Positions 36,683 through 50,900 of a stretch of DNA of 64,000 nt are shown here, one piece after another; the first letter of the stretch is position 1; each line of letters begins with the position of its first letter. A program made the translations under genes and the position numbers. The notes under the pieces were generated by a model. It did not search any database. It was given only the letters and a program-made list of their open reading frames with translations, and was not told where the DNA came from. The DNA lies in the NCBI RefSeq assembly GCF_009914755.1, contig NC_060930.1, one strand, 5' to 3'. This stretch comes from the human T2T-CHM13v2.0 reference genome, Homo sapiens.

Positions 36683-39600
36683 TTTCTTCATATAAACAAG
36701 ACAGAAGAATTCTCAGATATCACTTTGTGATGTGTTCGTTCAACTTACAGAGTTTAAACTTTCTGTTGATAGAGCAGCTTTGAAACACTCTTTTTGTGGA
36801 ATTTGCAAGTGTATATTTAGAGCGCTTTGAGGCCTATGGTAAAAAAGGAAATATCTTTACATAAAAACTAGATGGAAGCATTCTCAGAAACTAATTTGTG
36901 ATGCTAGCATTCACCTCACAGAGTTGAACATTCCTCTTGATAAAGCAGTTTTGAAACACTCTTTTTGTGGAATCTGCAAGTGAATATTTGGAACTCTTTG
37001 AGGCCTTCGTTGGAAAAGGGAATTCTGCATATAAACAAGAAAGAAGAATTCTCAGAAACTACTTTGTGATGTGTGCGTGCAACTCACAGAGTTTAACATT
37101 CCTTTCGATAGAGCAGTGTTGAAACATTCTTTTTGTAGAATCTGCAAGTGTATATTTAGAGCGCTTTTAGGCCTATTGTAGAAAAGGAAGTATATTCACA
37201 TAAAAACTAGACAGAAGCATTCTCAGAAACTACTTTGTGATGTTTGCATTCAACTCACAGAGTTTAGCCTTTCATTTGATAGAGCAGTTTTGAAACACTC
37301 TTTTTGTACAATTTGCATGTGTATATTTAGAGTGCTTTGACGCCTATGGTAGAAAAGGAAATAACTTGATATAAAAACTAGACAGAAGCATTCTCAGAAA
37401 CTACTTTGTGATGTTTGCATTCAACTCACAGAGTTGAACATTCCTCTTGATAGAGCCGTTCTGAAACACTCTTTTGGAAGTGTCTGCTAGTTGACATTTG
37501 GGCATCTTTGAGTCCTTTGTTGGAAATGGGATTTCTTCATACAAAACTAGAGAGAATTCTCATGAACTTCTTTGTGATGTGTGCATTGAACTCACAGTGT
37601 TGAACCTTCCTTTCAATAGAGAAGTTTTGAAGCACTCTTTTTGTCGAATTTCGAAGTGCATATTTAGAGCGTTTTGAGGCCTATTGTGGAAAAGGAAATC
37701 CTTCATAGAAAAACTAGACCGAATCATTTTCTGAAACTTCTTTTTGATGTGTGGGTTCAAATCGCAGTGTTTAACCTTTCTTTTGATAGAGTAGTTTTGA
37801 AACTGTCTTTTTGTAGAATTTGCAGGTGTATATTTAGAGTGCTTTGAGGCCAACAGTAGAAACGGAATTATATTACTACAAAAACTAGACGGAATCATTC
37901 TCAGAAACTACTTGTGATGTTTGCATTCAAATCACAGAGTTGAACATTTCTCTTGATAGAGCAGTTTTGAAACACGCTTTTTGTATAATCTGCAAGTGGA
38001 TATTTGGCCCTTTTTGAGGCCATCCTTGGTAACGGGATTTATTCATATAAAAAAGACAAAAGAATTCAAAGAAACTACTTTGTGATTTGTGCGTTCACCT
38101 CCCAGAGTTTAAACTTTCTGTTGATAGAGCAGCTTTGAAACACTCTTTTTATGGAATTTACAAGTGTATATTTAGTGCGCTTTGAGGCCTATGGTAAAAA
38201 AGGTATATCTTCACATAAAAACTAGACGGAAGCATTCTCAGAAAATACTTTGTGATGTTTGCTTTCAGCCCACAGAGTTGAACATTCCTCTTCATAGAGC
38301 AGTTTTGAAACACTGTTTTTGTGGAATCTGCAAGTGGACATTTGGACGTCTTTGAGGCCTTCGTTGGAAATGGGAATTCTTCATATAAACAAGACAGAAG
38401 AATTCTCAGAATGTACTTTATGATGTGTGCGTTCAACTCACAGAGTTTAACCTTCATTTCGATAGAGCAGTTTGGAAACACTATTTTTGTAGAATTTGCA
38501 AGTGTATATTTAGAGCGTTTTGAGACATTTGTTAGAAAAGGACATATCTTCACATAAAAACTAGACGGAAGCATTCTCAGAAACTAGTTTGTGATGTTTG
38601 CGTTCAATTCACAGAGTTGAACATTCCTCTTCATAGGGTAGTTTTCAAAAAATTCTTTTTGTACAATCTGCAAGTGCAAATTTGGACCTCTTTGAGGGTT
38701 TTGTTGGAAATGGGATTTCTTCATATAAAACTTGAAAGAAGAATTCGCAGAAAATTATTTGTGAAGTGTGCATTCATCTCACAGAGTTGAACCTTCCTTT
38801 CGATAGAGCAGTTTTGAAACACTCTTTTTGTAGAATTTCCAAGTGAATATTTAGAGCGTTTTAAGGCCCATGGTAGAAAAAGAAATATCTTCATAGAAAA
38901 ACTAGACAGAATCATTCTCAGAAATTACTTTTTGATGTGTGGGTTCAACTCACAATGTTTAACCCTTTTTTTGATAGTGGTTTTGAAACAGTCTTTTTGT
39001 AGAATTTGCAAGTGTATATTTAGAGTGCTTTGAGGCCCACGGTAGAAAGGGAAATATCTTCATATTAAAACTAGACGGAAGCATTCTCAGAAACTACTTG
39101 TGATGTTTGCATTTAACTGACAGAGTTGAACATTTCTCTTGATAGAGCAGTTTTGAAACACTCTTTTTGTAGAATCTGTAAGTGGATATTTGGACCTCTT
39201 TTAGGTCATCTTTGGTAACGGTATTTCTTCATATAAAAAAAAAGTGTGAAAGTGGATATTTGGGCATGTTTGAGGCCTTTGATGGAAACAGGATTTCTTC
39301 ATACAAAACTAGAGAGAAGAATTCTCAGAAACTCCTTTGTGATGTGTGCATTGAACTCACAGAATTGAACCTTCCGTTTGATAGAGCAGTTTTGAAACAC
39401 TCTTTTTGAAGAATTTCCAAGTGGATATTTAGAGCGTTTTGAGGCCTGTTGTGGAAAAGGAAATCCTTCATAGAAAAACTAGACAGAATCATTCTCAGAA
39501 ACTACTTTTTGATGTGTGCATTCAACTCACAGAGTTTAACCTTTCTTTTGATAGAGTAGTTTTGAAACAGTCTTTTTGTAGAATTTGCAGGTGTATACTT

Positions 39601-39785
39601 AGAGTGCTTTGAGGACAACGATAGAAAAGGAAATATCTTCATATAAAAACTAGACAGAAGCATTCTCAGAAACCACTTGAGATGTTTGCATTCAACTCAC
39701 AAAGTTGAACATTCCTCTTGATAGAGCAGTTTTGAAACACTATTTTGGAAGTGTCCACTAGTGGATATTCGCGCATCTTTGAGGC

Positions 39786-39802
39786 CTTCGTTTTAAACGG
39801 GA
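39786..39802 (+). promoter_or_regulatory. Variant CENP-B box, binding core intact
   Basis: cttcgttttaaacggga. Confidence 0.7.
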
Positions 39803-40294
39803 TTTCTTCATACAAAACTAGAGAGAAGAATTCTCAGAAACTTCTTGTGGTGAGTGCATTGAACTCACAGAGTTGAACCTTCCGTTCGATAGAGCAGTTT
39901 TGAAGAATTCTTCTGGTAGAATTTCCAAGTGGATATTTAGAGTGCTTTGAGGTCTACTGTAGAAAGGTAAATATCTTCATATAAAAACTGGACAGAATCA
40001 TTCTCAGAAACTACTATGTGATGTGTGCATTCAACTCACAGAGTTTGACCTTTCTTTTGATTGAGCAGTTGTGAAACACTCTTTTTGTACAATTTGCATG
40101 TGTTTATTTTGAGTGCTATGAGGCCTATGGTATAAAGTGAATATATTCACAAAGAAACTAGACAGAAGCATTCTCAGAAAACACTTTGTTGTGCTTGCAT
40201 TCAACTCACAGAGTTGAACATTCCTCTTGATAGAGCAGTTTTGAAACACTCTTTTGGTAGAATCTGCAAGTGGATATTTGGAACACTTTGAGGC

Positions 40295-40311
40295 CTTCGT
40301 TGGAAACGGGA
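40295..40311 (+). promoter_or_regulatory. Canonical CENP-B box
   Basis: cttcgttggaaacggga. Confidence 0.9.
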
Positions 40312-43300
40312 TTTCTTCATATAAAACTAGACAGAAGAATACTGAGAAACTTCTTTGTGATGTGTGCATTGAACTCATACAGTTGAACCTTCTTTTCGAT
40401 AGAGCAGTTTTGAAATACTCTTTTTGTAGAATTTCCAAGTGGATATTTAGAGCCATTTGAGGCCTATGGTAGAAAAGGAAATATCTTCATAGAACAACTG
40501 GAAAGAATCTTTCTCAGAAACTACTATGTGATGTATGTGTTCAACTCACAGAGTTTAACCTTTGTTTGGATAGAACACTTTTGAAACACTCTTTTTGTAC
40601 GATTTGCAAGTGTATATTAAGAGTGCTTTGAAGCCCATGGTAGAAAAGTAAATATCTTCGCATAAAAAATAGACGGAAACATTCTCAGAAACTACTTTTG
40701 ATGTGTGGGTTCAACTCACAATGTTTTACCTTTCTTTTGATAGAGTAGTTTTGAAACAGTCTTTTTGTAGAATTTGCAAGTGCATATTTAGTGTGCTTTG
40801 AGGCCAACGGTGGAAACGGAAATATCTTCATATAAAAACTAGACGGAAGCCTTCTCAGAAAGTACTTGTGATGTTTGCATTCAACTCACAGAGTTGAACA
40901 TTTCTCTTGATAGAGCAGTTTTGAAACACTGTTTTTGTATAATCTGCAAGTGGATATATTGACATCTTTGAGGCCATCGTTGGTAACGGGATTTCTTCAT
41001 ATAAAAAAAACGGAAGAGTTCAAAGAAACTACTTTGTGATTTGTGCGTTCACCTTCCAGAGTTTTAAATTTCTGTTGATAGAGCAGCTTTGAAACACTCT
41101 TTTTCTGGAATGTGCAATTGTATATTTAGTGCGCTTTGAGGCCTATGATAAAAAAGGGAAATCTTCACATAAAAACTAGACGGAAGCATTCTCAGAAAAT
41201 ACTTTGTGATGTATGCATTCAACCCACAGACTTGAGAATTCCTCTTCATAGAGCAGTTTTGAAAAACTGTTTTTGTAGAATCTGCAAGTTGACATTTGGA
41301 CCTCTTTGAGGCCTTCGTTGAAAATGGGAATTCTTCATATAAACAATACAGAAGAATTCTGAGAAACTACTTTGTGATGTGTGCGTTCAACTCACAGAGT
41401 TTAACCTTCATTTCGATAGAGCAGTTTGGAAACACTCTTTTTGTAGAATTTGCAAGTGTATATTTAGAGCGCTTTGAGGCCTATGGTAGAAAAGGAAATA
41501 TCTTCACATAAAAACTAGACAGAAGCATTCTCAGAAACTAGTTTGTGATGTTTGCATTCAATTCACAGAAATCAACATTCCTCTTGATAGGGTAGTTTTG
41601 AAAAAACTCTTTTTGTACAATCGGCAAGTGCGAATTTGTACTTCTTTGGGGGTTTTCTTGGAAATGGGATTTCTTCATATAAAACTTGACAGAAGAATTC
41701 GCAGAAATTTCTTTGTGAAGTGTGCATTCATCTCACAGAGTTGAAATTTCCTTTCAATAGAGCAGTTTTGAAACACTCTTTTTGTAGAATTTCCAAGTGC
41801 ATATTTAGAGCACTCTGGAGCCTATGGTAGAAAAGGAAATATCTTCATAGAAAAACTAGGCAGAATCATTCTCAGAAACTACTTTTTGATGTGTGGTTTT
41901 AACTCACAATATTTAACCTTTCTTTTGATAGAGTAGTTTTGAAACACTCTTTTTGTAGAATTTGCAAGTGCATATTTAGAGTGCTTTGAGGTCAACGGTA
42001 GACAAGGAAATATCTTCATATAAAAACTAGTCGGAAGCATTCTAAGAGACTACTTGTGATGTTTGCATTCAACTCACAGATTTGAACATTCCTCTTGATA
42101 GAGCCATTTTGAAACACTCTTTCTGTAGAATCTGCAAATGGATATTTTGAGCCCTTTGAGGCTTTCGTTTTAAACGGTATTTCTTCATACAAAACTAGAC
42201 AGAAGAATTCTCAGAATCTTCTTTGTGATGTGTGCATTGAACATAGAGAATTGAACCTTCCTTTCGATAGATAAGTATTGAAAAACTCTTTTTGTAGAAT
42301 TTCCAAGTGGATATTTAGAGCCATTTGAGGCCTATGGTAGAAAAGGAAATATCTTCATAGAACAACTGGAAAGAATCTTTCTCAGAAACTACTATGTGAT
42401 GTGTGTGTTCAACTCACAGAGTTTAACCTTTCTTTTGATAGAGCAGTTTTGAAACACTCTTCTTTTAGAATTTCCAAGTGGATATTTGGAGTGTTTTGAG
42501 ACCTATGGTAGAGGAGGAAATATCTTCATAGAAAAACTAGACAGGATCATTCTCAGATATTACTTTTTGATGTGTGCGTTCAACTCACAGAGTTTAACTT
42601 TTCTGTTGATAGAGCAGTTTTGAAACAGTCTTTTTGTAGAATTTGCAAGTGTATATTAAGAGTGCTTTGAGGCCTATGGTAAATAAGGGAACATCTTCAC
42701 ATAAAAACTAGATGGAAGCATTCTCAGAACCTACTTTGTGATGTTTGCATTCAACACACACAGTTGAATATTTCTCTTGATAGAGCAATTTTGAAACACT
42801 CTTTTTTTAGAATCTACAGTGGATATTTGGACCTCTTTGTGGCCTTCGTTAGAAACGTGATTTCTTCATATAAAACTGGACAGAAGAATTCTCAGAAACT
42901 TCTTTGTGATGTGTGCTTTCAACTCACAGAGTTGAACCTTCCTTTAGATAGAGCAGTTTTGAGACTCTCTTTTGTATAATTTCCAAGTGAATATTTAGTG
43001 CCATTTGAGGCCCATGGTAGAAAAGATAACATCTTCATAGAAAAACTAGACAGAAGAATGATTCTCAGAAAGTACTTTGTGATGTGTGCGTTCAACTCAC
43101 AGAGTTTAACGTTTCTTTTGATAGAGCATATTTGAAATACTCTTTTTGTAGAACCTGCAAGTGTATATTTGGACCTTTTTGAGGCCTTCGTTGGAAATGA
43201 GATTTCTTCATATAAAACTAGACAGAAGAATTATCAGAAACTTCTTTGTGATGTGCGCATTCAACTCACACAGTTGAACCTTCCTTTCGATAGAGTAGGT

Positions 43301-46248
43301 TTGAAATATTCTTTTTGTAGGATTTCCGAGTGGATATTTAGAGCGGTTCGAGGCCTATGGTAGAAAAGGAAATATCTTCACAGAAAAAATAGACGGAATC
43401 ATTCTCAGAAACTACTTTGTGATGTGTGCATTCAGCTTACAGCTTTTATCCTTTCTTTTGATAGAGCAGTGTTGAAACACTATTTTTGTGGAATTCGCAA
43501 GTGAATATTTAGAGCGCTTTGAGGCCTACGGTAGAAAAGGAAATATCTTCACATAAAAAGTAGACAGAAGCATAGTCAGAAACTATTTTGTGATATTTGC
43601 CTTCAACTCACAGAGTTGAACATTCCTCTTGATTGAGCAGTTTTGAAACACTCTTTATATAGAATCTGCAAGTCGATATTTGGACCTATTTGTGGCCTTC
43701 GTTTGAAACTTGATTTCTTCATATGAAAGCAGACAGAAGAATTTTCAGAAGCTTCTTTCTGATGTGTGCTTCCAGCTCACGGAGTTGAACCTTCCTTTCA
43801 ATAGAGCAGTTTTGAGACTCTTTTTTTGTAGAATTTCCAATTGGATATTTAGCGTCATTTGAGGCCTATGGTAGAAAAGGCAATATCTTCATAGAAAAGC
43901 TAGACAGAATGATTCTCAGATACTACATTGTGATGTGTGCATTGAACTCACAGAGTTTAACCTTTCTTTTGATAAAGCAGTTTTGAAACACTCTTTTTGT
44001 AGAATCTGCAAGTGAATATTAGGACTTTTTTGAGGCCTTCATTGGAAACGGGATTTCTTCAGGTAAAACTAGACAGAAGTATTCTCAGAAACTTCTTTGA
44101 GATGTGTGCATTCAACTCACAGAATTGAACCTTCCTTTCAATAGAGCAGTTTTGAAATACTCTTTTTGTAGAATTTCCAAGTGGTTATTTCGAACGGTTC
44201 CAGGCCTATGGTAGAAAAGGAAATATCTTCAATATCTTCATAGAAAAACTAGAGAAAGTCATTCTCAGAAACTACTTTGTGATGCGTGAATTCAGCTTAC
44301 AGAGTTTAACCTTTCTTTTGATAGAGCAGTTTTCAAACACTCTTTTTCTGGAATTTGCATGTGTATATTTAGAATGCTTTGAGACCTATCATAGAAAAGG
44401 AAATATCTTCACATAAATACTAGAGAGAAGCACTGTCAGAAACTATTTTGTGATATTTGCATTCAACTCACAGAGTTGAACATTCCTCTTGATAGAGCAG
44501 TTTTGAAACACTCTTTTGTAGAATCTGCAATTGGATATTTGGACCTCTTGGTGGCCATCTTTTGATACGTGATTTCTTCATATAAAACTAGACAGAAGAA
44601 TTCTCAGAAACTTCTTTGTGATGTGTGCTGTCAACTCACAGAGTTGAAGCTTCCTTTTGATAGAGCAGTTTTGAAACTCTCTTTTTGTAGTATTTCCAAG
44701 GGGATATTTTGCGCCATTTGAGGACTATTTTAGAAAAGGCAATATCTTCATAGAAAAACTAGACCGAATCATTCTCAGAAACTGCTTTGTGATGTGTGCG
44801 TTCAACCCACAGAGTTTAAACTTTCTTTTGATAAAACAGTTTTGAAACACTCTTTTTGTAGAATCTGCAAGTGAATGTTTGGTCTTTTTTGAGGACTTCA
44901 TTGTAAACGGGATTTCTTCATATAAAACTTGACAGAAGAATTCTCAGAAACTTCTTTGTAATGTGTGCATTCCACTCACAGAGTTGAACCTTCTTTTGGA
45001 TAGAGAAGTTTTGAAAAACTCTTTTTGTAGAATTTCCAAGTGGATATTTAGAGCGGTTCGATGCCTATGGTAGAAAAGGAAATATCTTCTTACAATAACT
45101 AGACAGAATCGTTCTCAGAAACAAGTTTGTGATGTGTGCATTCAGCTTACAGGTTGTAACCTTTCTTTTGATAGAACAGTTTTGAAACAACCTTTTTGTG
45201 GAATTTGCAAGTGTATATTTTGAGCACTTTGAGGCCTACGGTAGAAAAAGAAATATCTTCACAAAAAAAATTGACAGAAGCATTGTCAGAAGCTACTTTG
45301 TTATATTTGCATTCAACTCACAGAGGTGAACATTCCTCTTGATAGAGCAGTTTTGAAACACACTTTTTGTAGAATCTGCAAGTGGATATTTGCACCTCTT
45401 TGGGTCCATCGTTTCGTACGTGATTTCTACATATAAAACTAGACAGAATAACTCTCAGAAACTACTTTGTGATGCGTGCATTCAGCTTAGAGAGTTTAAC
45501 CTTTCTTTTGATAGAGAAGTTTGGAAATCCCCTTTTTGTGGTATTTGCAAGTGTATATTTAGAGGGCTTTGAGGCCTATGGCAAAAAAGGAAATATCTTC
45601 ACAAAGAACTAGACAGAAGCATTTTCAGAAACTACATTGTGATATTTGCTTTCAACTCACAGAGTTGAACATTCTTGATAGAGCCGTTCTGATACACTCT
45701 TGTCATAGAATCTGTAAGTGAATATTTGACCTTTTCTTGAGGGCTTGGTTGGAAAGGGTATTTCTTCATATAAAACTTGACGGAAGAATTCTCAGAAACT
45801 TCTTTGTGATGTGTGCATTCAACTCACAGATTTGAACCCTCCCTTCGATAGAGCAGTTTTGAAATACTCTTTTTGTAGAATTGTCAAGTGGATATTTATT
45901 GCGGTCCGAGGCCTATGGAAGAAAATTAATTATCTTCATAGAAAAACTAGACAGAATGATTCTCAGAAACTACTTTGTTATGTGTGCTTTCAACTCACAG
46001 AGTTTAACCTTCCTTTTGATAGAGCAGTTTTGAAACACACTTTGTAGAATCTGCAAGTGAATATTTGGAATTTTTTGAGGCCTTTGGAAACGGGAATTCT
46101 TCATATAAAACTTGACAAAAGACTTCTCAGAAACTACTTTGTGATGTGTGCATTCAACTCACAGAGTTTAAACTTTCTTTTCATAGAGCAGCTTTGAAAC
46201 ACTCTTTTTGTAGAATCTGCAAGTGAATATTTGGACTTTTTTTGAGGC

Positions 46249-46265
46249 CTTCGTTGGAAACGGGA
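46249..46265 (+). promoter_or_regulatory. Canonical CENP-B box
   Basis: cttcgttggaaacggga. Confidence 0.9.
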
Positions 46266-47978
46266 TTTCATCATATAAAACCTGACAGAAGAATTATCAG
46301 AAAGTTCTTTGTGATGTGTGCATTCAACTCACAGAGTTGAACCTGTCTTTCGATAGAACAGTTTTGAAATTCTCTTTTTGTAGAATTTCCAAGTGCATAT
46401 TTAGAGGGGTTTGAGGCCTATGGTGTAAAAGGCAATATCTTCATAGAAAAACTAGGCAGATTCATTCTCAGAAACTACTTTGTGATGTGGGCATTCAGCT
46501 TACAGAGTTTAACTTTTCTTTTGATAGAGCAGTTTTGAAGCTCTCTTTTTGTGGAATTTGCAAGTCTATATTTACAGCGCTTTGAGTACTATGGTAGAAA
46601 AGGAAATATCTTCACAAAAAAACTGTACAGAAGGATTGTCAGAAACTACTTTGTGATATTTGCATTCAACTCACAGAGCTGAACATTCCTCTTAGTAGGG
46701 CTGTGTTGAAACACTCTTTTTTAGAATCTGCAATTGGATATGTGGACCTCTTTGAGTCCATCCTTTGATACATTATTTCTTCATATAAAATTGAACAGAA
46801 GAATTTTGAGAAAATTCTTTGTGATGTGTGCTTTCAACTCACAGAGTTGAACCTTTCTTTCTATAGAGCAGTTTTGAAAGTCTCCTTTTGTAGAATTTCC
46901 AAGAGGATATTTAGAGCCGTTTCAGGCCGATTGTAGAAAAGGAAATATCTTCATAGAAAAACTAGACATAATAATTCCCCGAAACTTCTTTGTAATGTGT
47001 GCTTTCTCCTCACAGAGTTGAACCTTCCTTTCGATAGAGCAGTTTGTGAAATTTCTACGTAGATATTTAGCGCCGTTTGAGGCCTGTGGTAGAAAAGGTA
47101 ATACCTTCATAGAAAAACTAGACAGAATGATTCTCAGAACCTATATTGTGACGTGTGGGTTCAACTCACAGAGTTTAACCTTTCTTTTGATAGAGCAGTT
47201 TTGAAACACTCTTTTTGTAGAATCTGCAAGTGAATATTTGGACCTTTTTGAGGCCTTCATTGGAAACGGGATTTCTTCATATAAAACTTGAGAGAAGAAT
47301 TCCCAGAAACTTCTTGTGATGTGTGCATTCAACTCACAGAGTTGAACATTCCCTTCGATAAAGCAGTTCTGAAATGCTCTTTTTGTAGAATTTTCAAGTG
47401 GATATTTAGTGCAGTTCGAGGCCTATGGTAGAAAAGGAAATATCTTCACAGAAAAACTAGACAGAATTATTCTCAGAATGTACTTTGTGATGTGTGCTTT
47501 CAGCTTACAGAGTTTAAGCTTTCTTTTGATATAGCAGTTTTGAAACAACCTTTTTGTGGAATTTGCAAGTGTATATTAAAGCACTTTGTGGCCTACGGAA
47601 GAAAAGGAAATATCTTCACATAAAAACTACAGAGAAGCATTGTCAGAAACTACTTTGTGATTTATGCATTCAGTTCACAGAGTTGAACATTCCTCTTGAT
47701 AGAGCAGTTTTGAAACACTCTTTTTGAAGAATCTGCAAGTGGATAGAGCAGTTTTGAAATTCTCTTTTATTAGAATTTCCAAGTGGATATTTAGTGCAGT
47801 TTGAGGCCTGTGGTAGAAAAGGCAATATCTTCATAGAAAAACTAGACAGAATGATTCTCAGAGACTACTTTGTGTTGTGTGTGTTCAACTCGCAGAGTTT
47901 AACCTTTGTTTTGATAGAGTAGTTTTGAAATATTCTTTTTGTACAATCTGCAAGTGAATATTTGGACTTTTTTGAGGC

Positions 47979-47995
47979 CTTCGTTGGAAACGGGA
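47979..47995 (+). promoter_or_regulatory. Canonical CENP-B box
   Basis: cttcgttggaaacggga. Confidence 0.9.
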
Positions 47996-50900
47996 TTTTT
48001 TCATAGAAAACTTGACAGAAGAATTATCAGAAACTTCTCTGTGATGTTCGCATTCCACTCACAGAGTTGAAACTTCCTTTCAATAGAGCAGATTTGAAAT
48101 ACTTTTTTGTAGAATTTTCAAGCGGATATTTAGAGAGTTTCAAGGCCAATGGTGGAATAGGAAATATTTTCATAGAAAAACTAGACAGAGTCAGTCTCAG
48201 AAACTGCTTTGTGATGTGCGCATTCAACTTTCAGAGTTTAACCTTTCCTTTGATAGAGCAGTTTTGAAACACTCTTTTTGTGGAATTTGAAAGTGTATAT
48301 TTAGAGCGCTTTGAGACCTACGGTACAAAAGAACATATCTTCATAAGAAACTAGACAGAAGCTTTTTCAGAAACTACTTTGTGATATTTGCATTCAACTC
48401 ACAGAGCTGAACATTCCTCTTGATAGAGCAGTTTTGAAACACTCATTTCGTAGAATCTGCAAGTGGATATTTAGACCTTTTTGTGGCCTTCGTTTGAAAC
48501 ATGATTTCTTCATATAAAACTAAACAGAAGAATTCTCAGAAACTTCTTTGTGATGTGTGCTTTCAACACAGAGAGTTGAACCTTCCTTTCGATAGAGCAG
48601 TTTTGAAGCTCTCTTTTTGTAGAATTTCCAAATGGAGATTTAGCTCCGTTTGAGGCCTATGGTAGAAAAGGCAATATCTTAATAGAAAAACTAGACAGAA
48701 TCATTCTCAGAAACTACTTTGCCTTGTGTGCGTTCAACTCACAGAGTTTAAACTTTCTTTTTATAGAGCAGTTTTGAAACACACTTTTTGTAGAATTTCC
48801 AAGTGGATATTTAGAGCGTTTCGAGGCCAATGGTGGAAAAGGAAATATCTTCATAGAAAAACTAGACAGAATCATTATCGGAAACTGCTTTGTGATGTGT
48901 GTATTCAGCTTTCAGAGTTTAAGCTTCCTTTTGATAGAGCAGTTTTGAAACACTCTTTTTGTGGTATTTGCAAATGCATATTTAGAGCGTTTTGAGGCCT
49001 GCGGTAGAAAAGGAAATATCTTTACATAAAAACTAGACAGTTGCATTGTCTGAAATTACTTTGTGAAATTTGCATTCATCTCAAGGAGATGAACATTCCT
49101 CTTGATAGAGCAGTTTTGAAACACTCTTTTTGTAGAATCTACAAGTGGATATTTGGACCTATTTGTGGCCTTCGTTTGAAACGTGATTTCTTCATGAAAA
49201 AACAGACATAAGAATTCTCAGAAACTTTTTTGTGCTATGTGCTTTCAACTCACAGAGTTGAAGCTTTCTTTCAATAGAGCAGTTTTGAAACTGTCTTTTT
49301 GTAGAATTTCCAAGTGGGTATTTAGCGATGTTTGGGGCCTATGGTAGAAAAGGCAATATCTTCATAGAAAAACTAGACAGAATGATTCTCAGAAACTGCT
49401 TTGTGATGTGTGCGTTCAACTCACCGACTTTAACTTTCTTTTGATAGAATAGTTTGGAAACACTATTTTAGTAGAATCTGCAAGTGAATATTTGCACTTT
49501 TTTGAGGCCTTCATTGGAAACGGGATTTCTTGACATAAAATTTGACAGAAAAATTCTCAGAAACTTCTTTGTGATGTGTGCATTCAACTCACGGAGACGA
49601 ACCTCCCTTTCGATAGAAAAGTTTTGAAATACGCTTTTTGCCCGATTTCCAAGTGGATATTTAGAGCAGTTCGAGGTCTATGGTAGAAAAGGATTTATCT
49701 TCATAGAAAAACTAGACAGAATCATTCTCAGAAACTTCTTTTTCATGTGTGCATTCAGCTTACAGAGTTTAACCTTTCTTTTGATAGAGCAGTTTTGAAA
49801 CACTCTTTTTCTGGAATTTGCAAGTGTATATTTAGAGCGCTTTGAGTCCTATGGTAGAAAAGGAAATATCTTCACATAAAAACTAGACAGAAGCATTGTC
49901 AGAAACTACCTTTTGATGTTTGCATTCAACTCACAGAGTTGAACATTCCACTTCATAGAACAATTTTGAAACACTCTTTTTGTAGAATGTGCAAGTGGAT
50001 ATTTCGACCTCTCTGTCGCTTACGTTAGAAACATGATTTCTTCATAGAAAACTAGATAGAAGAACTCTCAGAAACTTCTTTGTAATGTGTGTTTTCAACT
50101 CACAGAGTTGAACCTTCCTTTCAACAGAACAGTTTGGAAACTCTCTTTTTGTTGAATTTCCAAGTGGATATTTAGCACCGTTTAAGGCCTATGCTAGATA
50201 AGGAAATATCTTCATAAAAAAAATTAGACAGAATGATTCTCAGAAACTACTTTGTGTTGTGTGCATTCAACTCACAGAGTTTAAACTTTCTTTTGATAGA
50301 ATAGTTTTGAAACACTCTATTTGTAGAATCTGCATGTGAATATTTGGACTTTTTTGAGGCCTTCTTTGGAAACGGGATTTCTTCATATAAAACTTGTCAG
50401 AAGAATTCTCAGAATCTTGTTTGTTATGTGTACATTCAACTCACAGAGTTGAACCTTCCTTTCGATAGAACAGTCTTGAAATACTCTTTTTGTAGAATTT
50501 CCAATTGGATATTTAGTGCGGTTTGAGGCCTATGGTAGAAAAGTTAATATATTCATAGAAAAATTTGACAGAATCATTCTCAGAAACTAATTAGTGGTGT
50601 GTGCATTCAGCTTACAGATTTTAACTTTTCTTTTGATAGAGCATTTTTGAAACACCCTTTTGTGGAATTTGAATGTGTATATTGAGAGCACTTTGAGGCC
50701 TATGGCAGAAAAGGAAATATCTTCACATAAAAACCAGACAGAAGCATTGTCAGAAACTACTTTGTGATATTTGCATTCAACTCACAGAGTTGAGCATTCC
50801 TCTTGATAGAGCAGTTTTGAAACACTCTTTTTGTAGAATCTGCAAGTGGATATTTGGACAACTTAATGGTCTTCGTTTGAAACGAGCTTTCTACATTTAA

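Larger units (their letters stand above)
33700..42875 (+). repeat. Second alpha-satellite monomer set (domain 2), block 2
   Basis: Same diagnostic monomers as 5011-10774, partly collinear with it. Confidence 0.8.
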
